Source: an uncultured bacterium
GTDB lineage: Bacteria; Verrucomicrobiota; Kiritimatiellia; RFP12; UBA1067
Assembly (NCBI GenBank): GCA_902802945.1
Contig: CADCOC010000016.1
Location: 10,269 to 74,268 of the forward strand
Reading direction: 5' to 3'
Length of the DNA stretch: 64,000 bases
The position numbers and the translations under genes are program-made. Positions 18,850 through 29,200 of this stretch are shown here, in pieces. Each line of letters opens with the position of its first letter. Positions within the stretch are counted from its first letter, which is position 1. A model generated the notes under the pieces. It was not told where the DNA came from. It ran no database searches and saw only the letters and a list, made by a program, of their open reading frames with translations.

Positions 18850-21390
18850 TCACTCGTCCTTCGGATACGGTTTGCCGCGGCCAAGGTTCTCCGGGTACTC
18901 CGCGCGCCGCACGAGCGCGGCATCGGCCTTAGCGGCGTCCCCGGCGGCAAGAGCCTGACGCGCCATGCCCGCCCACGCCTCCTGCCAGAGAGCGTGCGCG
19001 TCATTGCTGTTCTCGCTCGGCAGCACACGCATTCCCTCCAGAAATTTCACGGCGTCCTCGAAGCGCTTCAGTCCGCAGAGCGACTTCACGTAGAGCATGC
19101 CGAGGGGGCTGTTGCCCGGATGGCGCGCAAGGTAGGACTCCGCCGTGCGCGCAGCATCTTCCCAGTACTTCTCGTCGACATACGACCGCGCGAGGTCGCG
19201 ACCGATGCGCCATCCGTCCTCAAGCTCCGCCGCACGCCGAAGGTCAACGCGGCGTTCCGCTCCCTTGCGCCTCATGGCGCGGAAATGGAACAGGACGGCG
19301 TCGTCCGCGTCATCGCAGCGGGAGAGGAGCGCGTCCACCTCCTGCGCCGAACCTCCCTGCGCGGCGCGCTGCACGGCGAGCAGGTAGCGGAATTTCCAGG
19401 ATGCTCCGGACTCCGCCGCCCACGCAAGCGCGGCGCGTGTGGAACGCCGGAACGGAAACGCGAAGCGCACGGAGAGCCTGGTCGCCTCCTCCAGCGCGCG
19501 CGCGGCGGCCTCGTATTTCCCCGCGTTGCGCTCAAGGTAGGCGAGACGCACCCGCGCGATGATGCTCTTCGGCGCGAGGCCGTAGAGTTCGCGCGCCTCG
19601 TCGAGAAGGCCTGCGTCCTCATACCAGTCGGCAAGGCCGATGTAGGTCTGGTCGGGGAACTCGTTGCGCACGAGGAACTTGAAGACGTCCTCGTCGAGAT
19701 CGCCGATCAGCTTCTCCTCGAACCGCGCGCCGTGGAAGAGCGGCACCACCTGGCGCGCAAGACGCAGGATGCTGCGGGCTGCCTTGACGTCGCCGCGCCG
19801 GCGCGCCGCGATGACGCGTACGAGCCAGGCGTCGAAGTTGAAGCTGCCGGCCTGCGTGGCCTTCATGGCGTAGTCGCTCGCCGCCGCCCAGTCGCCCTTC
19901 CGCAACGATCCCTTCGCTAGCAGCACGTAGGCGGACGCGCGGTAGAGCGGCGAATAGGCCGCGAGGAGCAGACGCTCTCGCGCCTCTTCGTCCGCTCCCT
20001 GCGCGTGCGCGGCAAATCCGTCGAGGTAGTTCGCCTCGGCGTCGTAGGTGTCCACGGCAAGCGCGCGGGCGCAGAGCTCGCGTACTTCCGCGTAGCCGCC
20101 ACGCCGCGCGGCAAGGCCCGCGAGCGTGTTGAGCGCAGGGACGAATGCAGGCTCCTTCGCGAGGCATTCCCTGAGGGACTCCTCGCCCGTCTTGTCGTCG
20201 CGCGTGCGCAGCGCCTGCTGTCCGCGGAGGTAGAGTCCGTATGCCGTCGTCCAGTCGAAGTCGTCGGGCATCTGGAGCGGACGCTCCACGCACGCGCAGC
20301 CTGACGTGAGGGAGACAAGCTGGGATGCGTCGCGCACCACGCCCCAGCGCTCCTCGAACATGTCCGTGGCACCCGGCGCGAACGTGGGGTGCTTGAACGG
20401 CGTTTTCCACGAATCGCCGTTCGGCTGGTTGAACACGCGCCCGCTCTGTAGCTCCACATACTGTCCGTCCGAGTCAGTAAGCAGGTCCTCCCAGATGCCT
20501 CCCTCGCGCGAAAGCGCCCATAGCCAGATCTTGCGTCCGTACTTCTCCGCCGCGTAGTGGTAGGACCCGAACGCGGCCTCGGGCCACCACAGCGCGAAGA
20601 TGCGGTTGTCGCCGTTGAGCACGTGATAGCTCTTCGAGCGGCCGAAGGCGTTGTTGGCGTAGACGGAGAGGTCTCGCCCTTTCCAGTCCACGTGCCAGGA
20701 ATGCGCATCGCCGCCGTGGCCGATGTAGGCCGAGCCGGGAAACGCTAGCGATGGATTCCCGCGCGCGGAGTATGCGGCCGTCATCCAGTGGTAGTAGGGT
20801 CCAGGCAGGTTCGCGCCGTTGAACCACGTCGTGCGCGTGAGGAAGTAGTCGGCGTCCGGAGGGAGGTTCACCTCCACCTGCCACGTGGTGCCGTTCACGT
20901 ACTCCGTGGCGGAGGCGAAGTAGCTCGCGCTGCCGTCCTGGTTCTGCCGCACGGCCCAGTCCACGGGCGTGGCGGTGTTGGGCGAGTGGCCGATGATGCC
21001 GAAGTTGAACTCAATGCCGCCCGAACACCAGGGGCCGCGCATCGCGATGTCACGGAACTTGACGGCGTGGTTGAAGTAGATGAACTCGCGCCCCGTCGCC
21101 TTGTCCAGCGCCCCCCACACCTTGCCGCCGATCTGGGGCAGCATCGTCACCACCACGCGGTCGTTCTCAAGCGTCACGCACGTCCACGACTGCGTGGCGG
21201 AGGTCGCGCTCGACCCGTCGTAGCGGAAATACGGGTAACGCCGCTCTGCAACGCATGGCACGGGATCAGGGTCGGAGAACGGATAGGTGGGCAGCGCAAG
21301 CGTCCCCTCCGTCACCTTCGATGCGGCGAGCAGGTTGGACGCGCACAGCGCCCCGAACAGGCAAACGGCTGACGCGGCGGGCTTCTTCAT
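18850..21390 (-). CDS. Exported DUF5107-domain protein with TPR repeats
   Basis: TYPFSDPDP, LPQIGGKVWGA, KFRDIAMRGPWCSGGIEFNFG, YVELQSGR. Ala-rich helical C-terminal half. Confidence 0.82.
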   Translation of the reverse strand: MKKPAASAVCLFGALCASNLLAASKVTEGTLALPTYPFSDPDPVPCVAERRYPYFRYDGSSATSATQSWTCVTLENDRVVVTMLPQIGGKVWGALDKATGREFIYFNHAVKFRDIAMRGPWCSGGIEFNFGIIGHSPNTATPVDWAVRQNQDGSASYFASATEYVNGTTWQVEVNLPPDADYFLTRTTWFNGANLPGPYYHWMTAAYSARGNPSLAFPGSAYIGHGGDAHSWHVDWKGRDLSVYANNAFGRSKSYHVLNGDNRIFALWWPEAAFGSYHYAAEKYGRKIWLWALSREGGIWEDLLTDSDGQYVELQSGRVFNQPNGDSWKTPFKHPTFAPGATDMFEERWGVVRDASQLVSLTSGCACVERPLQMPDDFDWTTAYGLYLRGQQALRTRDDKTGEESLRECLAKEPAFVPALNTLAGLAARRGGYAEVRELCARALAVDTYDAEANYLDGFAAHAQGADEEARERLLLAAYSPLYRASAYVLLAKGSLRKGDWAAASDYAMKATQAGSFNFDAWLVRVIAARRRGDVKAARSILRLARQVVPLFHGARFEEKLIGDLDEDVFKFLVRNEFPDQTYIGLADWYEDAGLLDEARELYGLAPKSIIARVRLAYLERNAGKYEAAARALEEATRLSVRFAFPFRRSTRAALAWAAESGASWKFRYLLAVQRAAQGGSAQEVDALLSRCDDADDAVLFHFRAMRRKGAERRVDLRRAAELEDGWRIGRDLARSYVDEKYWEDAARTAESYLARHPGNSPLGMLYVKSLCGLKRFEDAVKFLEGMRVLPSENSNDAHALWQEAWAGMARQALAAGDAAKADAALVRRAEYPENLGRGKPYPKDE

Positions 21391-21399
21391 GTGCGCTCC

Positions 21400-22188
21400 C
21401 TAGAACAAGATGGCAACGTTGTCTCCGAGCGCCTTGCGCACGCGCACGACCTCCTCCGAGGGAAGCGGACAGTTGGCCAGGCTGAGCGTGGTCAGGCCCC
21501 GCAGACCGGAAAGATCGTCTGGCATGCGCGAAATCGGGCAGCCTTTCAGCGAGAGCGACTTGAGTTTGGGCAGCGCCGTGCCCAACCAGTCAGGCACGCT
21601 CGTAATGGCGTTGTCGTCTAGCGCGAGGTCCTCCAGTTCCGACCACTCCTTCACGACTTCGGGCACTGATGTCAGCAGGTTCTTGCGCAAGTAGACACGG
21701 CGCAGGTCCTTGAGCGCGGAGAGCGATGGGGGAATCTCGCGGAGCTTGTTCTCGTTCAGACGCAGCCAACGGAGCTTAGTGGCACCAGAAAGCGAGTCTG
21801 GAACGGCCGTGATCTGGTTGCCGTCGAGGTTGAGGTAGGTAAGCGCGGGAAGCTGGGCGACCTCGTCCGGGATCGCCACAAGCTTGTTGCGCACAAGCCA
21901 GAGCGAGGTAATTCCTTTCAGCCCCCACACTTTCCCCGGCACCTTCTCAAGATTGAGCTCGGAAAGGTCAAGCTGCTGGAGAACGGAGTCGGAGAGGCCC
22001 TCGAGATCGGCGTCCGTTACGGGACGCGCCGCGCCGCGCAGGAATAGGCGCACGATCTCGGCGCGGTTCGTATTGGCGAGCGCGTCAAGCGACGTGACCG
22101 TGAAAACGTCCGCCGGACGATTGTGGTTGTCAAAGCATCCGGCGCACGCAAGGCACGCCGCCACCAAGGTAAAAAGACAATTTTTCAT
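21400..22188 (-). CDS. Leucine-rich-repeat lipoprotein
   Basis: Lipobox-like LACAGC. About 7 LxxLxLxxNxL/IxxhP repeats. Confidence 0.9.
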   Translation of the reverse strand: MKNCLFTLVAACLACAGCFDNHNRPADVFTVTSLDALANTNRAEIVRLFLRGAARPVTDADLEGLSDSVLQQLDLSELNLEKVPGKVWGLKGITSLWLVRNKLVAIPDEVAQLPALTYLNLDGNQITAVPDSLSGATKLRWLRLNENKLREIPPSLSALKDLRRVYLRKNLLTSVPEVVKEWSELEDLALDDNAITSVPDWLGTALPKLKSLSLKGCPISRMPDDLSGLRGLTTLSLANCPLPSEEVVRVRKALGDNVAILF

Positions 22189-22266
22189 GGCGGGTAGTAT
22201 ACCATAAAAGAAGCGCGCACGGCCAAAAAACTTCGACTTTGCGGCAAGTGCCGCGCCGCGTTGCCG

Positions 22267-25200
22267 TTATTCAATCTTCGCCTTGTAGAACTTGAGGGCG
22301 CCCTTGTCGATGACGAACGTCGCCTCTTCTCCGTCACGGAAGTGCAAGTCGTTGTCGTTCAGCTCGTAATTCTGTATCTGGGTGTTGATCCCAGTCACGT
22401 CCGCGCCGCCGTAAACTTTGAGCGTTCCGTTGATCGGTGCCGCTTTCGCGCCGTCCATCACCGCGAAGTTGCGCACGAGCTTCACCTTCACTGTGATTGT
22501 CTCGTCACCAACGTCAATGTCGGTGATCTTGAACGAGCCCCAGCCGTCCACGCTGTAGCTGGCGTTCATGATGTTCTCGTTGAGGAGGTACGCCCTGGCG
22601 AACTGGTCGGACGTCAGAGTTTTGACCATCGCCGCAACGGCCGCATGGTCGCCGCGCTTGTTCAGCCATTCGGCCTGGCTGGCGGTGAGCGTCGCGGTAC
22701 CGTCAGAAACGGTCACGACCTCGTCGGTCACGAATACGACCACCTTGTTCGTGTAGCTGCCGTAGATGGACCCGACAGCCCCTTCGCCGACGTAGCCAAT
22801 TTTCTGTACGCATGGAGTGACATCGTTGTACGCGAACGGGAAATTTGGATTCCCGCCTGCCGTCAACGGCAAGTAGTTTCCGCTCTGCTTCACCGAAACG
22901 GAATACATCCTGTTCGTCATGTCCATTTCGACCCGGACGGTGTAGTCGTTTCCGACGGTCGCCGTGACACCCTCCGCATCGAGCCAGACCCTTCCATTCA
23001 GATTGGTCGTGTAGACCTGGAAGCAGGCGTTAGTGCCGATGCGGACCGCCGCCTTCACGCCCTCGAAATCCTGGTCCTCCTCCGCCACGCTGTTGAACGA
23101 CGCCGTCGTCTCGATGACGACGTTACGCGCATCGGACGGATTGTCGGCGGTGAACTCGTTTCGCTCTTCGATCGCCACCTTATGGTTGACATACTCGACG
23201 GCATTGGACCAGAGGCCCGTCGCCTCCTTGTAGTCCTCGTTCTCGAAGATCCAGTACGCGGCGCGGTTCTCGGGTGTATCCGCATAACTGGCTGCGATGT
23301 TCACGTCGTTTGTGTCCCCGAAGAACTGCTTCACGTAGTAGTTGTACGAGAACACGTCGCTCGGACGGTACCCCTCGGCGTACACCCGCGCCTTGATTGT
23401 CGTCGCGCCAGTCGCGTTCGTCACGTTGATCGCCGTGCCGGCGGTGTACACTTCGCTCTGCTCCGTCGGGTCGCTGCCGTCAACCGTGTAGCGTATGACC
23501 GCTCCGGGAACCGTGCTCGCGAGATCGACGAACGTCGTGCGATAGCCCGGCGTGGAGGTGGACGTCGGAGCCGCCGCCTGCTCCGCGATGGTGTATGTCG
23601 CGGACACCGTGTCGCTTGCGACATAGCCCGACTTGAACGCCTTCGCCTTGATCGTGGTTGTGCCGCTGATCGTGATCGGGGCGGAGTACGCCGCGCTGGA
23701 GGACGTAGGTTCGCTGCCGTCAAGCGTGTAGCGAATCGTCGCGCCCGCCGTCGCGCACGCGAGCGTGACGTCGACACTGTCGGTGATGAACGTCGCAGCG
23801 GCGGGCGAGAACGTGGGCTCGGGCAGCTTCGCCATCTGGAACGTCACGTTGTCGATGATGTTCGCCTTGTCGCCCGAGACGCCGGTCTGCACGAAGCGCA
23901 GGATGTGCGTTGCAGCCGCGTTGACGGTGACCTGACCCGAGTATTCGGACGGCGACGTGGCCGTCGGCGAAACAGACGCGATTTCGTTCGTCACGCTGCC
24001 GCGAATCAGCAAGGCGCGCGTCGTCACGCCGACATATCCCGGGCGCGCCGCATACGTGAACTTGAAATCGTAGGTCGCGGCGTTCGCGATGACGAACTCC
24101 TGCGCCACGAAGGACTCCGATCCCGCGCCGTTCGTCTGGATAAACGCCGCCTTGCCCCCAAACTCGGAATGGTTCGCCACCCATGTGCAGTTCGGCGCGG
24201 CAAGGCCCGCGTTGGACGCGAAGGTCCAGTACTTGCAGGAGAATCCGTCACCGTTCGAGTAGGACCACACGCCGGAGTTCTGCGTCACGGTGTTCTGTTC
24301 GAATCCTCCGTTGAGGATGAGGTCGCCGGTGGGCGATAGCTTGTTGAACGTGATTTCCGCGACATCGCTTTCAAGGAATCCGCTCTTGAACGCACGGGCC
24401 TTGACGGTGCAGGTGGAGGAAATCTGCAAGGCGCTTGAATAGGCCGTGCTGGAGGATGTAGGATCGGAGCCGTCGAGCGTATAGCGGATGGTGGCGCCGG
24501 AGACCGAACTTGAAATCGTGAGGTTCACGTACCCATCGAAGATCGTGGTGTCGGTGACCGTGTTCGCGCGCGAGAACGTGGGCGCGGGGAGCTGGTTGAG
24601 CGTCAGCTCCACGCCGTACACATTGCCGACGACAGGTGTGGGGCTGTTGGGGTAGTAAGAGGAACCCGTTTCGTTGGCCAACCGCGTGGAGACAGTACTT
24701 GCGACGGTCACGTTCGTGGAGGCAGTGACGCCGTTGTTTGACGACTGCACCGTGTATGTGCCCGATGGGACAAGAATTGCGTAGATGCCATTTGAGTCGG
24801 TTGTTGCCTGGTAGGTTGAAGAACCATTCCGCGCCGTAACCGTGGCATTCTCCACCTTGTTACCCGAAGAGTTCAACACGCGGCCGCTGAGAATCGAACG
24901 CCCCGAGTCAGAGCAGACACTCGGCGGATAGATGTTGTAGAGGATGTTGTCGATCGAGGTGAAATCGGAATCTGCATCCGTAAGGTCGGGCGGATTGTAC
25001 CAGGCATTGTCGGTTCCGGTCCATCCGAAATTGAAATGAACATAGAGCGTTCCGCTGTTATAGCCGTAGCCGTCCGCGACAATCGCATGCCCGGGAACGG
25101 ACACGCCGCACGGGCTCTTCAAGTCGAGGCTGGGCAGAATCGCCCTCTTGATTTCGTCCAAGCTGCATCCGCCCTTTTTAATGATCAGGGCGGCATTCTT

Positions 25201-26175
25201 GTATTGGAACTGGTCGGTTAGACGAGTGGCAAACAGGCCGTAATGCGCACCACTGCCATCATCTGCATAATCCATGTGCACACTCCGCCCGACATCAAGC
25301 GTCAGTTTGCCGATCGCCTTTTTCTGGGCAGTGGACGTAAGCCATGAAACAGTTGCCGGCATGTTGTCCCAGTCGTATGTACCGCCAAACGTCTTGACGT
25401 CATCATTCCAGGCCGTGTAGGAGCCACCGGCAGTCGTCTGGTAACCATCGTTGAGAGTCCAGCTGGCAGTGCCGTCAACTGTACCATAATAATCCTTTAT
25501 TTTTGTGATGGACGCGGTGGGATATTTCCAGTAGCGCATGATCTGCGCACCGGCGGTGGCGACGCAACCGCAGACGTATCCAAGTGGAGTATATTGGTTC
25601 TCGCCGTGTCCGCTCTGCCCCCACTTCGTCTCCATGAGCGTGTTCACGCGCACGTCGTTGATGGAGGAACGTGAACCTGCCTGAAGCCTTGCCCCGCCCT
25701 TGGCGCTCGCCGCCCCGCGCAGCCGCGCCCACTTGGCGGCCTTGGCACTGGAAGCGGCCGCCGCGAGCCGACGACCGCCGCTAGAAGTGCTAGAGGCGCT
25801 AGAAGTGCTAGCCGCCTCCATGGCAGCCACGTCGATGTTGAGCATCACCATCAGGGGATTCTGAGTCGCGTTCGTATTCCACGTGCTATCCTTCGAGTAG
25901 GCCAGAATCGGCTCGATTTCGGTGTCGCCCGAAGTGACGACGAAACCGCCGCCCTGGAGATTCACCACGTAGTACTTGCCTTTGCCGTCTTTCGCGTCAT
26001 ACGTCAGCACGCTTTCCGGCTCGGCGGTGATTTCCTCGCCGAGCGCCTCGCGCAGGTTGATCCAGCCCCGCGCCGCATCCTCGGCGACATCGGACGAGAT
26101 TTCCTCGCCCAGCGCCAATGAGAGCCAGAGGGCCGACATCGAAACAGCGAGCACCGCTTTTGCTGAATGTTTCAT
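22267..26175 (-). CDS. Peptidase C10 (SpeB-like) multidomain secreted protease, paralog 3
   Basis: Signal peptide, I69-like prodomain (GGFVVTSGD...PILAYS), catalytic GCVATAGAQ / GHAIVADGY / HFNFGW, three IRYTxDGSxP (CHB_HEX_C/Fn3-associated) repeats. Ends KFYKAKIE. Confidence 0.9.
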   Translation of the reverse strand: MKHSAKAVLAVSMSALWLSLALGEEISSDVAEDAARGWINLREALGEEITAEPESVLTYDAKDGKGKYYVVNLQGGGFVVTSGDTEIEPILAYSKDSTWNTNATQNPLMVMLNIDVAAMEAASTSSASSTSSGGRRLAAAASSAKAAKWARLRGAASAKGGARLQAGSRSSINDVRVNTLMETKWGQSGHGENQYTPLGYVCGCVATAGAQIMRYWKYPTASITKIKDYYGTVDGTASWTLNDGYQTTAGGSYTAWNDDVKTFGGTYDWDNMPATVSWLTSTAQKKAIGKLTLDVGRSVHMDYADDGSGAHYGLFATRLTDQFQYKNAALIIKKGGCSLDEIKRAILPSLDLKSPCGVSVPGHAIVADGYGYNSGTLYVHFNFGWTGTDNAWYNPPDLTDADSDFTSIDNILYNIYPPSVCSDSGRSILSGRVLNSSGNKVENATVTARNGSSTYQATTDSNGIYAILVPSGTYTVQSSNNGVTASTNVTVASTVSTRLANETGSSYYPNSPTPVVGNVYGVELTLNQLPAPTFSRANTVTDTTIFDGYVNLTISSSVSGATIRYTLDGSDPTSSSTAYSSALQISSTCTVKARAFKSGFLESDVAEITFNKLSPTGDLILNGGFEQNTVTQNSGVWSYSNGDGFSCKYWTFASNAGLAAPNCTWVANHSEFGGKAAFIQTNGAGSESFVAQEFVIANAATYDFKFTYAARPGYVGVTTRALLIRGSVTNEIASVSPTATSPSEYSGQVTVNAAATHILRFVQTGVSGDKANIIDNVTFQMAKLPEPTFSPAAATFITDSVDVTLACATAGATIRYTLDGSEPTSSSAAYSAPITISGTTTIKAKAFKSGYVASDTVSATYTIAEQAAAPTSTSTPGYRTTFVDLASTVPGAVIRYTVDGSDPTEQSEVYTAGTAINVTNATGATTIKARVYAEGYRPSDVFSYNYYVKQFFGDTNDVNIAASYADTPENRAAYWIFENEDYKEATGLWSNAVEYVNHKVAIEERNEFTADNPSDARNVVIETTASFNSVAEEDQDFEGVKAAVRIGTNACFQVYTTNLNGRVWLDAEGVTATVGNDYTVRVEMDMTNRMYSVSVKQSGNYLPLTAGGNPNFPFAYNDVTPCVQKIGYVGEGAVGSIYGSYTNKVVVFVTDEVVTVSDGTATLTASQAEWLNKRGDHAAVAAMVKTLTSDQFARAYLLNENIMNASYSVDGWGSFKITDIDVGDETITVKVKLVRNFAVMDGAKAAPINGTLKVYGGADVTGINTQIQNYELNDNDLHFRDGEEATFVIDKGALKFYKAKIE

Positions 26176-26237
26176 TTTTCTCTCCTGTTTTCTCTGCGTT
26201 TGCTGTCCCTCTGCGCCTCTGCGCGAGATTAGCCGTC
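26176..26237. repeat. Intergenic unit duplicated at 30738-30804, containing CTCTGCG short repeats
   Basis: TTCTCTGCGTT...CTCTGC(G/A)CCTCTGCGCGAGATTAGCCGTC is shared by both inter-protease gaps. Confidence 0.85.
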
Positions 26238-29200
26238 CTACTCAATCACGGCCTTATAGAACTTGATGGCGCCCTTGTCGATGACGAACGTCGCCTCTTC
26301 TCCGTCGCGGAAGTGCAGGTCGTTGTCGTTCAGCTCGTAATCCTGTATCTGGGTGTTGATCCCCGACACGTTCGCGCCGCCGTAGACCTTGAGCGTCCCG
26401 TTGATCGGCGCCGCCTTCGCGCCGTCCATTACCGCGAAGTTGCGCACGAGCTTCACCTTCACGATGACTGCAGAAGCGCCAACGTCAATGTCGGTGATCT
26501 CAAACGAACCCCAGCCGTCCACGCTGTAGCTGGCGTTCATGATGTTCTCGTTGAGGAGATACGCCCTGGCGAACTGGTCGGACGTCAGGGTTCTGATAAC
26601 CGCCGCAACGGCCGCATGGTCGCCGCGCTTGTTCAGCCAGTCCGCCTGGCTTGCGGTGAGCGTCGCGGTTCCGTCGGAAACGGTCACGACCTCATCGGTC
26701 ACGAATACGACAACCCTGTTCGTGTAGCTGCCGTAGATGGATCCGACGGATCCCTCGCCATCGAACTCGAACGTCTGCACGTAAGGCGTCCCGTCGCTGT
26801 ATGCGAACGGGAAGTTCGTCACCGCTCCGTCATACAGCGTCGCATACTCCAAGCCGTTCTTCACCGCAACGGTGTAGGTCTTGTTCGTGAAGTCCAGCTC
26901 AAGCCTGACGATGTAGTCGCGGTTTGTCTCTGCAGATGCTCCTTCTGCATCGAGCCATACCCTTCCGTTCGCGTTGGTCGTATAGACCTGGAAGCAGGAG
27001 TTCGTGCCGATGCGTATGGCGGCCTTCGCTCCGTCGTAGTCTTCATGCTCTTCCGCCGCGCCGTCGAACGACAGCGTGGTCTCGATGATGACGTTGCGCG
27101 CATCGGACGGATTGTCTGCCGTGAACTCGTTCCGTTCTTCGATCGCCACCTTGTGGTTGACGTACTCGACGGCATTGGACCAAAGTCCGGTCGCCTCCTT
27201 GAAATCTTCGTCTTCGTGTACCCAGTGCGCGGCGCGGTTTTCAGGCGTATCCTCCCATGTGGCGACGTTCGCGCCGTTGGTGGGTCCGAAGAACTGCTTC
27301 ACGTAGTAGTCGTAGGTAAATACGTCGCTCGGACGGTACCCGTCCGCGAACACAACGGCCTTGACGGTCGTCGCGCCGGTTCTGTTCGTCACGTTGATGG
27401 TGCCGTCATAGACCGGACTCTCCGCCGTCGGATCGCTGCCGTCCGTCGTGTAGCGGATCGTCGCGCCCGGCGTCGCCGTCGCGAGGTCGACGAGCGTGTT
27501 GCGGTAGCCCGCCGTGGATGTGGAGGTCGGCGTAGCCGCCTGCGGCGCAATCGTGAACGTCTGCGTAAAGACTTCGCTGTCAAAGTATCCCCTCGCAACA
27601 GCCCTGGCCTTGACTGTCGTCGTGTCGGTGATGGTAAACGGCCCGGCATACAGCGTGCTGTTTGTCGTCGGCTCGCTTCCGTCGACGGTGTAGTAGATCG
27701 CCGCGCCCGCCGTTGCGCATTCAAGCGTGACGGGATATGAGTCCGTGTAGAACGTCGTCGCCGTGGGCGATGTCGGCGTCGCGGCGGTTGGCCACTTCGC
27801 CTGCAGGTACTCCGTCACCTCGATGCGCTCCGCGTCCGAGAGAACGCGGTTGTAAACCAGCAGTTCGCAGAGCTGCTTGCCGCCGTTGCGGTTGTTGACG
27901 TTGTAATTGTAACGGTCGCAGGTGATCGAGTTGGCCGTCGAATTCTCGCTCATCTCGCCCGCAACCACAATGAACTGTGTATCGCTGGGATATTCGTTGT
28001 AGATGTCGGCGACCTGTGCGCCGCCGTCCCACATTCTGCTGATCTTGGAGTAGTCGGCGGCGTATGCGCCGTTCTTGCTCTTCTCGCCGCGCGCGAACTC
28101 ATAATGGCGCTCGTCGGCGCACGTGAGCCACATCGCGCCAATGTCCTTCTGTATCTTCACGACCATGAAGAAGGTGCGGATGTTGCGGATCGCGTCGAAC
28201 CCGAGATCCTTGCCGCTGCCAAGCGCACCGAAATCGACCGTGGGTTTTCCGTACGTCGTGGTGTCGTACAGGGGCGAAGCGAGATTGTCATGCATGGGAC
28301 GCGCGTAGTTGTCGCCGAAGCGGGAATCCCACCGCGTCACTTCGCCGCTCGCGTTGGTGGTGATCGTGTCCGTGGCAGAGGCGTCGAGCCAAAGAACGGA
28401 ATCGTTCATGGCGGGATATTCAAACGTCCACTTGTTCTGCAGGTATTGCGTAACGGCGACGCGCTCTTCGTCGGTCAGGACGCGATCGAAGAGGATGAGC
28501 TCTGAAAGCTGCTTGCCGCCGTTGCGGTCGATATACCGGTCCTGCGTGATCCTGTTCGCGTACGCGCCCTCGTTCATTTCCGCAGCGACGACGAGGAACC
28601 TCGAATCGTCCGGGCATTCCGAAGTCATGTTCGCGACCTCGTTCGTCCCGTCCCAGAAGCGTGCGAACTTCTCGCCTTCCAGCAGTGTCGGATTGTAACT
28701 CGATGTCCATTGCCCATTCTCGCCGCGCGAGAAGTGGTAGTTCCATGCGCCGTTGGAGCCATAGTCGCCAAGCCAGAACGCATCTTTAGACTTCGGCATC
28801 TTGACCACCCAGAATGCCATGCGGATGTTGCCGACCGTGCTGAACGCGAGATCCCGTCCGCTTCCCACGTCGCCGAAATCGACTGTCGGCATGCCGAATC
28901 TTGTGGCTTCGTATTTCGGATAAGAAAGAGTCACGTTGGAACCCGTGCTTTGCCCCGCGGAGTTCGAGCCGACGCGGGAATTCCAGCGCGTGACCTCTCC
29001 GTTCGCGTTTGTTGTGATGGTGCTTGCGTCGGAGGCGTCGAGCCAGAAGGAGGCGGAGTCCTGGATGATGTCCGTCACTGCTGGAATCTGGTTGTCGAGC
29101 GTCAGCTCAAATCCATGTACATTGCCTACTTTCCCGTTCGGAGGATAAGTCTGCCCCCCCTCGTCGTTGATGTTGTCGCTGACCGAATTGATGTACTTGT

